DNA of 64,000 bases from an uncultured Verrucomicrobiae bacterium. Its GTDB lineage: Bacteria; Verrucomicrobiota; Verrucomicrobiia; Chthoniobacterales; JAFAMB01. Below the pieces are notes generated by a model. The model saw only the letters and a list, made by a program, of their open reading frames with translations, had not been told where the DNA came from and made no database searches. Positions 9,410 through 18,229 of this stretch are shown here, piece after piece (positions within the stretch are counted from its first letter, which is position 1; the number at the start of each line of letters is the position of its first letter). Location: positions 64,001 through 128,000 of the forward strand of contig CAWEXO010000001.1 in NCBI GenBank assembly GCA_963813025.1. Direction: 5' to 3'. The translations under genes were made by a program, and so were the position numbers.

Positions 9410-10069
9410 ATGGCGATAGAGACCATGAGCCCGGCTCATCTTCATGAGCATGCGCGGCAATGGGAGCACACGACCTGGACCACCGAACTGCTGCTCGCCT
9501 GCGGAGTAGTCGTCCTGTCAATCCTGGGGATCGTCGGCGTGTTCCGGATCGATCTGGCGGCCATTGCGGTCATTGGACTAGGCGCTCTCTTACTCTTCCA
9601 AGGTGCGAACGTAGTGTTACGCTACACCGCGCTTCTTCATGAAGCCGGGGCCAGCGACCAGGTTCGCGCGGCGGAAGTCAGTCGAGGGATTGCAGCAGAG
9701 TTCCTGGCCGGTTTGGCCGGTATTGTCCTGGGCATCCTGGCGCTGTTAAGAATTGCACCACTGACGCTGATGTCGGTCGCCGTGATCATTTACGGTGGCA
9801 CGCTGTTGCTGACCAGTGGCGAGTCGATCTGGCTTACCTTTTTCAGCGGGGAGAATGAGGTAGTGCGCCAACTCATGCACTCGATGAGCATGGCCGCCGC
9901 GGGAGCACAGGTGCTTGTCGGACTGGCGGCTCTGGTGCTGGGCATTCTGGGAGTGATCGGCATCGTACCGATCATGCTGATCCTGGTCGCACTGCTCGCA
10001 AGCGGCGCGTCCATCCTGTTGCGCGGTTCGTTCGTGGGCGGGTTCTTGCTGGATTTCCTCCGCATGTAA
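9410..10069 (+). CDS. Hypothetical multi-pass membrane protein with internal repeats
   Basis: About 6 hydrophobic segments; repeated G...VL.ILG/ILA unit three times; strong RBS. Confidence 0.8.
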   Translation: MAIETMSPAHLHEHARQWEHTTWTTELLLACGVVVLSILGIVGVFRIDLAAIAVIGLGALLLFQGANVVLRYTALLHEAGASDQVRAAEVSRGIAAEFLAGLAGIVLGILALLRIAPLTLMSVAVIIYGGTLLLTSGESIWLTFFSGENEVVRQLMHSMSMAAAGAQVLVGLAALVLGILGVIGIVPIMLILVALLASGASILLRGSFVGGFLLDFLRM

Positions 10070-10135
10070 TCCGGCCCATTACCTAATGCCGCGGGCGACC
10101 TAGTGTCACCCGCGGCATTAATCCGCAGAATAAAA

Positions 10136-10173
10136 TTGAGCGATAAGACTCGATTTGCTATCGCTTTGCGATA
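10136..10173 (+). promoter_or_regulatory. Putative marR promoter (TTGAGC-17-TATCGC) overlapped by operator 3 (TATCG-N5-CGATA, 10159-10173)
   Basis: Perfect palindromic half-sites overlap a weak -10, 45 nt upstream of the marR ATG. Confidence 0.6.
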
Positions 10174-10218
10174 GATAGGACGCCTCGGCGGATCTTCCGC
10201 CGGCGGATCCCACGCTCT

Positions 10219-10671
10219 ATGCCAGCCCGTCCTCAATTCCGCCGGAACGCTAAACTCAGCAAAGCCCAGTACGAGCGCCTCGCCGCCTTTCGTTATCATC
10301 TGCGGCAATTTCTGCATTTCAGCGAAGTAGCCGCGCGGAACGCCGGACTTAGCCCACGGCAATATCAGGCCTTGCTGGCCATTAAGGGTTTTCCTGGCCG
10401 CGAAAGCATCACCGTCGGCGAGTTGGCTGAACAATTGCACATCGCTCACCATAGCGCGGTAGGATTGGTGGACCGCTCGGTGGCTCAGAACTTAATCACT
10501 CGCAAACAAGGCGTCGAGGATCGACGCCAAGTCTACATTACCCTGACTAAGCGCGGTTCGAAAACTCTGGAACAACTCTCCGGCGCTCATCGGGCGGAGA
10601 TCCGCCGGCTCGGTCCCCGGTTGGAACTACTCCTGGAGAGTCTCATGGACCGGAATCGCCGAACGGTTTAA
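10219..10671 (+). CDS. MarR family transcriptional regulator
   Basis: GLSPRQYQALLAI, TVGELAEQL..HSAVGLVDR, DRRQVYITLT..G winged-helix motifs. Confidence 0.92.
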   Translation: MPARPQFRRNAKLSKAQYERLAAFRYHLRQFLHFSEVAARNAGLSPRQYQALLAIKGFPGRESITVGELAEQLHIAHHSAVGLVDRSVAQNLITRKQGVEDRRQVYITLTKRGSKTLEQLSGAHRAEIRRLGPRLELLLESLMDRNRRTV

Positions 10672-10697
10672 CGCCGACGCGACGCCGGACGGACCGC

Positions 10698-11137
10698 TCA
10701 ATGAGTCCACGCCTCTACCGTGCGAGCGATTTGCCGGGCGAAATGACCAATTTGGGTGAATTGCTCGATCATATCGGAAGCCAGACTGAAGCTCACGACG
10801 CCTTTTCTATCCGCGAGGTTTAGCTTGGCGAGAAGGCTTTGCCGAGCCGATGCCGCCAGATCTTGGATTGTCTTTTTCGCAGCGATTACCGCCCCGTTTG
10901 ACCCGGCTCGACCCGGCCGACCGCGCCAATCGCTTGTTCGAGATTCTGGACGACAGCATCAGCAAACGCTGACGTATGTTCGTCCTTCAGCGGCATTAGA
11001 TCGATGCCTTTGGCCAGTCTTTGCTGACCGAGAGAAGCCAGCGTGGTCGTGACGAGATCGCTCAAGGCTTCCATGGTGCTGGCGATTTGCGCGGTGATCA
11101 GCGCCAACATCCGCGCTGGATTCAACTCATTCGACAT
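10698..11137 (-). pseudogene. PhoU-like domain resembling the C-terminus of Na/Pi cotransporters, frameshifted near 10893
   Basis: ORF 10886-11137 continues after a -1 shift in a G4 run as AVIAAKKTIQDLAASARQSLLAKL...DMIEQFTQIGHFARQIARTV to stop at 10698; all-helical PhoU-like pattern. Confidence 0.55.
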
Positions 11138-11351
11138 TGGGGCTGAGAAGACTGTAAACTCACGGGCACAGACGCCTTACTGACGACGGAATTGCCATGA
11201 ATCAGGGATGACAGAATCTTTGTCGAGATCTTTTTTTTACTCGAAGATTGATACCGTTAGGAGTACAGGTGCACTAGTCTTCCAAAGAGATCTGGGCCAG
11301 TACAAGGCCGTCCTACAGATAGTTTGCCGTCCCTCAGGAAAGATCGAAAAG

Positions 11352-12083
11352 ATGAGAAGCGATCTGTTTAACAAATTCACTCATTACGTTCAGTCGTTGT
11401 CGGCCATACCCCTGGAAAAGCAGCGCTATGGACTTCCGGCAATCACGATTTCACGGGAAACCGGAGCCGGCGCAGTCTCGATCGGTAAACTGCTGATCGA
11501 CCTGCTGACCAGGGAAAATCGTGGTCCCGCAGAGCCGCCGTGGACCCTGCTGGACCAGAATCTGGCCGAGAAAGTAGTCGAAGACCACCTCCTGCCGCCA
11601 CGTCTTGTGCAGTACATGGAGGAGGATGCAAAATTTCCTTTGACCGACGCGGTGGAGCAGATCCTGGGACTACATCCGGCCTCCTGGTCCTTGGTGCAGT
11701 ACACGACCCAGAGTATTCTCCGCTTGGCGGCGATCGGGCACGTCATAGTCGTCGGGCGTGGATCAAGTTTTATCACGGCGAAGCTGGCGAATGTGCTGCA
11801 CGTCCGGCTGGTGGCGCCATTTAGCAAGCGCGTTCAATATATGGCCGAAGATCGGAAGCTAACGGCCAAGGAAGCAGCTGACTATGTTCACCGGACCGAT
11901 CAGGCCCGGAAACGCTATGTCCGCAATTACTTTAACGCCGGGGTTGACGATCCGCTCGCCTATCACTTGACGATTAACACCGGAGCAGTCAGTTACGCCC
12001 ATTCAGCCGAAATTATTGCCGAGGCACTGGCGCACCACGTTCACGGCGGCAGAGCCAGGAATGAGCAGGAAGCAGTCGCTTAG
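11352..12083 (+). CDS. Cytidylate kinase-like family protein
   Basis: ITISRETGAG, VIVVGRG, LHVRLVAP..R, D..R..Y...YF..DPLAYHLTINT. Start placed at ATG 11352 rather than 11208 (uncertain). Confidence 0.85.
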   Translation: MRSDLFNKFTHYVQSLSAIPLEKQRYGLPAITISRETGAGAVSIGKLLIDLLTRENRGPAEPPWTLLDQNLAEKVVEDHLLPPRLVQYMEEDAKFPLTDAVEQILGLHPASWSLVQYTTQSILRLAAIGHVIVVGRGSSFITAKLANVLHVRLVAPFSKRVQYMAEDRKLTAKEAADYVHRTDQARKRYVRNYFNAGVDDPLAYHLTINTGAVSYAHSAEIIAEALAHHVHGGRARNEQEAVA

Positions 12084-12106
12084 AATCCCCGAAGAGAACG
12101 TTGGCA

Positions 12107-13840
12107 TTACGTTACCGGCACGGCGGATTCGACCAAGAAAGGCATGAAATCAGCGATATTGAGAACATGGTCGTGAAAATTACGAAGCGTATTTCTGTGG
12201 CCGACGCTCACCACCGTTGGCTTCCACGGCGCAGCCCGGAGCAGCCGATAAAGATGCGCTTCTGAATGCTCGTCGAGCGCGGAAGTAGCCTCATCGAGGA
12301 AGACAAGCGCCGGCTCATCCAGGAGGATCCGAGCGAACGCCAGGCGTTGCTGCTCACCGAGGGACAGGCGCTGAGACCAGTTTTGGACGGTATCCAACTC
12401 ACCGGCGAGCGCGCGAAGCCCCACTTTTTCAAGCACTGCCGTCAATTTGGTCTTGGACAAGCCGTTCTGATTCTCGCTCGGATAACGCAATGCTCGGGCC
12501 AGAGAGCCCAGCGGCAAGTATGGCCGCTGCGGCAGGAAGAGCACCTTCCTTTCGCTGAGTTTTATTTCGCCTCGTCCGAAAGGCCAGATCCCGGCGAGCG
12601 CCCGCAAGAGGGTGCTCTTCCCGGCACCGGTCGGGCCAACAACCAGGACCGCCTCTCCCGGATCTACGTCGAAATGGACGTCGCGTAGAAGAGGCTTACC
12701 ATCCGGCAGATCGAGATCGACGCTTTCGACTTCCGCACCGGCGCCCTGCCGCTGAATGACGATATGCCGTGGGGCACGAGCGGCCTCATGAATTGGCTTC
12801 AGGCGCTGCTCAAAACCTGTTAATCGTTCAGTCACGGCCTGCCAAGCAGCAATGTCGCTGTACGAAGTGACAATGAAGGACAGGGATGTTTGTACACTGG
12901 AGAATGCATTGACCACTTGCATGAGGCCGCCCAGGCCAATTTGCTTGGCGAAATATCGCGGAGCGACCACGACTACCGGGAAAATGATCGCGATCTGGCC
13001 ATAGCCAGCCGTAAACCAGGTCAGGCGCTTTTGGCGCTTCATGATCCGGCAAAAGTTTTGATAGAGGCTTTTGAAACGCTCCTGAAAGACGTTGAGTTCG
13101 ACCGGTTCGCCGCCATAAAGAGCAACACCCTCAGAGTTTTCGCGCAAACGCACCAAACTGAACCGGAAGTCTGCCTCGAAGCGCTGCTGGGCGAAGTTCA
13201 ACGGCACCAGAGGCCGGCCGATCTTTACTGTCAGCCAGGTACCGATGCCGGCATAGACCAACGCGGCCCATACCAGGTAGGCCGGGATCGTGATTGTCCC
13301 CCACGGGCCCAGCGGGATCTGCGCCGGTCCGGATAGTCCCCAAAGAATGAAGAGGAACGAGCCGAGCGAGACAACCGAAGTGAGGAGACCAAGCGACAAG
13401 CTTAACGTGTAACTGGTGAACTGGTTGAGATCTTCCGAGATACGTTGATCGGGGTTGTCGGTTGTATTCCCAAGCTGCAATTGGTAAAAGGCGCGATTGG
13501 CCAGCCAGGCGCCGAGATAGCGGTTCGTCAACCAGCGTCGCCAGCGTATCTGGAGCATCTGGTTCAGGTACAGAGCGTATACCGCCATTACAATAGCGAA
13601 GCCGGCTAGAACGCAGAAGATGCCGAGTTGACGAAAGAACTCGCCGGCATTGAACGTCTGGAGCGCATTGTAGAAGGCGTTGTTCCAGGAATTGATTCGG
13701 ACACTGATGTAGACATTCCCGAGATTGAGCGCTACAACGGCGAGGAGGAGTCCCCAAGCCGACCATTTCTCTTCGGACGTCCAGTAAGACCGGGCGATTC
13801 GCCACGCATCCGGTATTGCGCTTCGCTTTGCCTGATCCAT
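12107..13840 (-). CDS. Fused ABC transporter permease/ATPase, YddA/BacA-like (ABC-D type)
   Basis: N.WNNAFYNALQ, DNPDQRISED, EADFRFSLVRLRENSE, GPTGAGKST, LSLGEQQRLAFAR, LDEATSALD. Start placed at MDQAK (13840). Confidence 0.9.
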   Translation of the reverse strand: MDQAKRSAIPDAWRIARSYWTSEEKWSAWGLLLAVVALNLGNVYISVRINSWNNAFYNALQTFNAGEFFRQLGIFCVLAGFAIVMAVYALYLNQMLQIRWRRWLTNRYLGAWLANRAFYQLQLGNTTDNPDQRISEDLNQFTSYTLSLSLGLLTSVVSLGSFLFILWGLSGPAQIPLGPWGTITIPAYLVWAALVYAGIGTWLTVKIGRPLVPLNFAQQRFEADFRFSLVRLRENSEGVALYGGEPVELNVFQERFKSLYQNFCRIMKRQKRLTWFTAGYGQIAIIFPVVVVAPRYFAKQIGLGGLMQVVNAFSSVQTSLSFIVTSYSDIAAWQAVTERLTGFEQRLKPIHEAARAPRHIVIQRQGAGAEVESVDLDLPDGKPLLRDVHFDVDPGEAVLVVGPTGAGKSTLLRALAGIWPFGRGEIKLSERKVLFLPQRPYLPLGSLARALRYPSENQNGLSKTKLTAVLEKVGLRALAGELDTVQNWSQRLSLGEQQRLAFARILLDEPALVFLDEATSALDEHSEAHLYRLLRAAPWKPTVVSVGHRNTLRNFHDHVLNIADFMPFLVESAVPVT

Positions 13841-14029
13841 AGAGAAAATCCATTCCGGTTCCGGGCCAGTACCTTGGATGGCCGTCAATGGTTTCAAGAG
13901 CATGCATAGAACGCCGGAATGACTGGATCCTGTCTCGACAATTACAAAGCCGAAAGGTTTGATGGTTATGCAGTGACCATTGAATGCGATCTGTTGGTCG
14001 GACGATAATCCAGTGAATGTCTCACCCAA

Positions 14030-14548
14030 GCGCCAGGCGAGAACTTGTTTGAGCCTTGGGCGAAGACTCATTCGAGACAGAGCCCAACCAGCGCACGCTA
14101 CGTCGGCCCAGACAAGTTCTCGCTAAGGCTCCTCCTAAAGCTTCGGCGGACGCGTCGGATGAAGAGAGTGTCTCGCAACATGGACTCGGCCCTGGTCCGG
14201 CAGGGCGAAAATTTAGCCGAGCCTCAGCGAGGATTCGTTTGAGCCGGAGGCTGGAGTTACCACCATCCAGGACGGCTCAAATAAAAAGAGTGTCTCGCAA
14301 CACCCATGGTCGGTAGGGGCAAGCTCCCGCTTGACCTCCTTAGCGTTGGATCACGTCTCGATCTGGACGAGCAGGCCGCCTCCGCAAGGCTACGGCGCGC
14401 CCTTCAGTCAAGCCTTTGTGCCATTCCATATCCGGGCCGCGACGAAGGCTTGTCTGTAGTCGGGAGCTCATCCAGGAGCTCATCCCTATCACTCCTCGTC
14501 CTTGACGCCACTCGGAAAGCGGCTCGAATAAAATTTTCCGCCCTTCCG
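14030..14548. repeat. Nested mosaic of REP-like families A and B with MITE-like ends at 14164 and 14286
   Basis: Segments match 6790-6892, 29357-29518, 29571-29688 (reverse), 32350-32440 and 63113-63260. Confidence 0.85.
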
Positions 14549-14727
14549 GTACAGGGCCAAGAAACTGTCCGCAACAGGGCTCCTTACATTGCCAGTGACC
14601 AGATGATTTATTCCAGGATTAACCTAAAACGCAGCCCCTTGACCTGAGCGCCAGCGGATCGTTAGGAAACTGTTCGTTTGACTAAGATTCCAATCCTTAT
14701 TACTCACATGCGCGAAACCTACCTCGG

Positions 14728-14898
14728 ATGAAGAAGCTTTTCCTCGTTGTGTTGCTTGTTGGATCGGTCGGATGCGAACGGCATCCCGTCAGCCAGTTGC
14801 CTGAATCGCGTGACCAAACGAGAACGCCGAGCTCTTCTCCGTCTCCCACTCCGCAGAGTTCCGCGAGCGCGACGCCGCCAACCTATTTCCCGAAGTGA
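14728..14898 (+). CDS. Small lipoprotein, 56 aa (not in ORF track)
   Basis: MKKLFLVVLLVGSVG-C lipobox, S/P/T-rich tail ending PPTYFPK; TGA overlaps the GTG start of the next gene. Confidence 0.7.
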   Translation: MKKLFLVVLLVGSVGCERHPVSQLPESRDQTRTPSSSPSPTPQSSASATPPTYFPK

Positions 14899-15308
14899 GC
14901 GCGCGGCTCGCCGTGGCGAAGTGGTGGAAAGCTAGATGCCACAGCTTACAGGCAGCGCGTCGGGGAGCGTTTCTCCTCGTGCGCTCCGAGGCGAACGTAC
15001 CTCTGGTGATCGTCGGCGTACTGGCGGCGATCGTCCTTGCCATCGTTCTCGGTTTTTCGCCGGTAGAATGGGCGATTTTGATCGCGACGATCTCTCATGT
15101 CGTCGTGGCGGAAGCCGTGAACGCTGCCTTGGAGCGTTGGATCGATTTGGCAAAACCGGATTGGCACCCCGCCGCTCGTGACGCAAAAGATTTGGCCGCT
15201 GGAGCGGTGCTGCTCTCAGTCCTTGCCTCGTTGCTGATTGGTCTCGCCCTCTTCGGTCCGAAGGTTTGGCACCTCTGCGCTGGGCGCCTGGTCCCGAGTC
15301 CCGGGTAG
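14895..15308 (+). CDS. dgkA: Diacylglycerol/undecaprenol kinase family protein
   Basis: E.N motif, AEAVNAALERWID, AKDLAAGAVL; three TM segments. Confidence 0.85.
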   Translation: MSARLAVAKWWKARCHSLQAARRGAFLLVRSEANVPLVIVGVLAAIVLAIVLGFSPVEWAILIATISHVVVAEAVNAALERWIDLAKPDWHPAARDAKDLAAGAVLLSVLASLLIGLALFGPKVWHLCAGRLVPSPG

Positions 15309-15392
15309 CGAGTCCCGGGTAGAGTCCCGAGTGCCGAATTGCCAGCCGGCCGCTGCGAGTTTCCTGAACTCCTGCAACTCCTGAACTCCTCT
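15290..15392. repeat. Short tandem repeats (CCGAGTC-like heptamers; CTG(C)AACTC units) between convergent genes
   Basis: Direct reading; similar heptamer tracts at about 1508-1530 and 22086-22132. Confidence 0.7.
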
Positions 15393-15398
15393 TCCGAT

Positions 15399-17903
15399 TC
15401 ATCCCCCCGGCCGATAATCAAACAGATTCAGCTGTGGTCGCGGTTCCTCTGGAAGCGCCTTTTTGCGAAAAACTTTGGACTCAGCCAGACGCGGCCGGCC
15501 TTGGGCGTTGAGTTCGGACGCCTCCAGGTTCGCCAGAATTTCCTGCGCACGCGCAATCAAGGAGTCGGGCAGCCCAGCCAGACGCGCCACTTGGATTCCA
15601 TAACTCTTGTCCGCCGCGCCTCGCTGAATTTTGCGCAGAAAAATGATCCGATCGTTCCATTCCCGCACCGCGACATTGTAGTTTTTCACTCCTTCCGCAG
15701 TTTTCTCTAGTTCAGTCATTTCATGATAATGCGTGGCGAAAAGTGTGCGGGCGCGTACCCGATCGTGCAAATGCTCGGCGACGCTCCAAGCGATCGATAA
15801 ACCATCAAAAGTTGAAGTGCCTCGCCCGATCTCATCCAGTACGACGAGGCTTCGCTCCGTGGCATTGGTGATGATATTCGCTGTTTCGTTCATCTCGACC
15901 ATGAAGGTCGATTGGCCGCGCGCGAGATCGTCGGCCGCGCCAACCCGGGTGAAAATGCGGTCGACCAGACCGATCTCGGCGGATTCTGCCGGAATGAAAC
16001 TGCCGCACTGGGCGAGCAGCACAAGCAAAGCGACCTGACGAATATAGGTGGATTTACCGGCCATATTCGGGCCGGTGATCAGGAGCAACCGATTTTCTGA
16101 GCCGTCGAGGAAACAATCGTTTGGCACAAACTTTTCAGCCGCGACGGTCTGATCCAGGACGGGATGCCGGCCTTCTCGTATATCGAGTACCAAGTCATTG
16201 GTCACCGTCGGACGGCAGTATCCGAAAAGCCGGGCGCTCTCCGCAAACGAAGCCGCGACGTCGAGGATCGCCACAGCGTTTGCCGTATCCTGGAGCTGCG
16301 GCAAATAGGCAAGCACCTTGTCGCGCAACTCGCCAAACAGTTCGTACTCCAACGTCTTGGCGCGTTCGTCAGCCCCAAGTATTTTTGCTTCCACTTCCTT
16401 TAGCTCGGGGGTGACAAATCGCTCCCCGTTCGCCAGCGTCTGTTTGCGCTGGTAATCAGCCGGAACGGCCTCCAGGTTGCTATTCGTAATTTCGATAAAA
16501 TATCCGAAGACCGAATTGTACCGAACTTTCAGCGATTTTATCCCGGTTCTCTCTGCCTCGCGGCGTTGCAAGGCGGCAATCCAATCCTTTCCGCTGGACG
16601 AGGCAGCGCGCAGTTCGTCCAGCATGGGATGATAACCGTTCCGAAAAATTCCGCCTTCCCGGAGCAGGGCGGGAGGTTCGTCGACCACCGCATCTTCCAG
16701 CAACTGCCTGAGCTCCGGCAGCGGGTAAATCCGTCGGGCTATCTTCTGGTCCAGAACGTTGTCGCCGGCGGAGGCAAGCGCATTGGCTAACGCGCCAAGA
16801 TGATCAAGCAATTCAGGCAGCACAGCCAATGAGACCCGCAACACCGCCAGGTCACGCGCGTTCCCACTACCCTGACTGAGCCGGCTGAGCGTTCGCTCGA
16901 TATCCCGGATCTTGCGCATGGATTGACGCAAGGCGCTTAAGAGAAACGATTGATCAAGCAGCTCCTGCACAAGCGCCTGGCGCTCCTGGATTCCGGCGAG
17001 GTCACGGAGCGGCTGGAGAAGCCACTGGTGCAGGAGCCGCGCACCCATCGGCGTGGTGGTTCGATCAACTGCCGCGAGCAGACTGGTATCCCGGCGCGGG
17101 TTTTGCGGGGTAACAATTTCGAGATTGCGCTGCGTCGCTAAATCGAGTCCGAGGAATGCATCAGAGAGAAACACGCCCAAGGCGCGGACATGGGAAGCGT
17201 TCCTGCGCAATTGCTGAGTGAGATAGTGAATCAAAGCGCCGGCCGCACCCACCGCCGCCGGCAGATCACCGCAACCGAACCCGTCGAGCGACTGCGCCTT
17301 GAAGTGTTCGCGAAGCGTCAAAGCCGCCTGATCAGGTTCGAAAGTGTAGCCGTCGTAAACGGTGGTATTCTCCACCGAGGCAAAGGCCCAGTTTTCCGGC
17401 ACGATGATTTCGGCAGGCTGGAATCGACCTAGTTCATCGACCAGCGCACCGTGCGTCGCCGGTTCGCTGACCCGGAACGCTCCGGTGCTCAGGTCCAACA
17501 AGGCCAGCCCGAAGCGGCCGCGGTGGTAGTTAATAGCGCAAAGATAATTATTCCTGCCCCCGGCCAGCACCTCGAGGCTGCTGATTGTTCCCGGGCTGAC
17601 AATCTGCGTTACCTGACGCTCAACGATCCGGCCGGGTTGTGGATCGGTCATCTGGTCGCATACTGCGACGCGATGCCCCGCCTGGATCAGTTTGTTCAGA
17701 TAAGCCTCCGCAGCATGGTACGGGACTCCGCACATCGGGATGCCGTTTCTTCGGGTGAGCGCGACGTTCAGCAGCTCGGAAGCGACTTTGGCGTCTTCAA
17801 AGAAGAGTTCGTAGAAATCGCCCAGGCGAAACAGGAGTAGCGTACCGGGCGGCAATCCCCGGCGGATGCTTTGATACTGCTGCATCATTGGGGTCGCGGC
17901 CAT
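15399..17903 (-). CDS. mutS: DNA mismatch repair protein MutS
   Basis: TPMMQQY, FRLGDFYELF, TGPNMAGKSTY, STFMVEM, DEIGRGT, ATHYHE, SYGIQVA. Confidence 0.98.
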   Translation of the reverse strand: MAATPMMQQYQSIRRGLPPGTLLLFRLGDFYELFFEDAKVASELLNVALTRRNGIPMCGVPYHAAEAYLNKLIQAGHRVAVCDQMTDPQPGRIVERQVTQIVSPGTISSLEVLAGGRNNYLCAINYHRGRFGLALLDLSTGAFRVSEPATHGALVDELGRFQPAEIIVPENWAFASVENTTVYDGYTFEPDQAALTLREHFKAQSLDGFGCGDLPAAVGAAGALIHYLTQQLRRNASHVRALGVFLSDAFLGLDLATQRNLEIVTPQNPRRDTSLLAAVDRTTTPMGARLLHQWLLQPLRDLAGIQERQALVQELLDQSFLLSALRQSMRKIRDIERTLSRLSQGSGNARDLAVLRVSLAVLPELLDHLGALANALASAGDNVLDQKIARRIYPLPELRQLLEDAVVDEPPALLREGGIFRNGYHPMLDELRAASSSGKDWIAALQRREAERTGIKSLKVRYNSVFGYFIEITNSNLEAVPADYQRKQTLANGERFVTPELKEVEAKILGADERAKTLEYELFGELRDKVLAYLPQLQDTANAVAILDVAASFAESARLFGYCRPTVTNDLVLDIREGRHPVLDQTVAAEKFVPNDCFLDGSENRLLLITGPNMAGKSTYIRQVALLVLLAQCGSFIPAESAEIGLVDRIFTRVGAADDLARGQSTFMVEMNETANIITNATERSLVVLDEIGRGTSTFDGLSIAWSVAEHLHDRVRARTLFATHYHEMTELEKTAEGVKNYNVAVREWNDRIIFLRKIQRGAADKSYGIQVARLAGLPDSLIARAQEILANLEASELNAQGRPRLAESKVFRKKALPEEPRPQLNLFDYRPGG

Positions 17904-18229
17904 GGAGCAGGAGGTTAAAAGGGAAGCCGTTTGCGTTCAACACCGCTCGTTGCGCGTTTTTTCGGGATGTGAGGCGTGACACGCATCGCGTAAGGCGCAC
18001 GGCATCGTGCGCCACAGACCGGAATACGGACGAGGCCGTCCGCCTGCGTCCCAGCTTCGCGGGACTACGGCGCGACAAGTGCCGCGCTATGGTTTATTAT
18101 TTTTCTTGCGCTTTTCCGAAAATCTGGATTTGTCCTACGCCCTTTCCCGGGCGATGAGAGCTGCAGGGATAACCGGTTCACGGCAGGCCCATTGGAATCG
18201 GGGAGGGCGGGAAAAGACCCCTGGTAATT

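Noticed and set aside
13841..14071. Cobalamin riboswitch, or a 77-aa N-terminal extension of the BacA/YddA-like transporter
   Set aside because: B12-box motifs are not seen; the extension begins inside a repeat and precedes the family-typical start.
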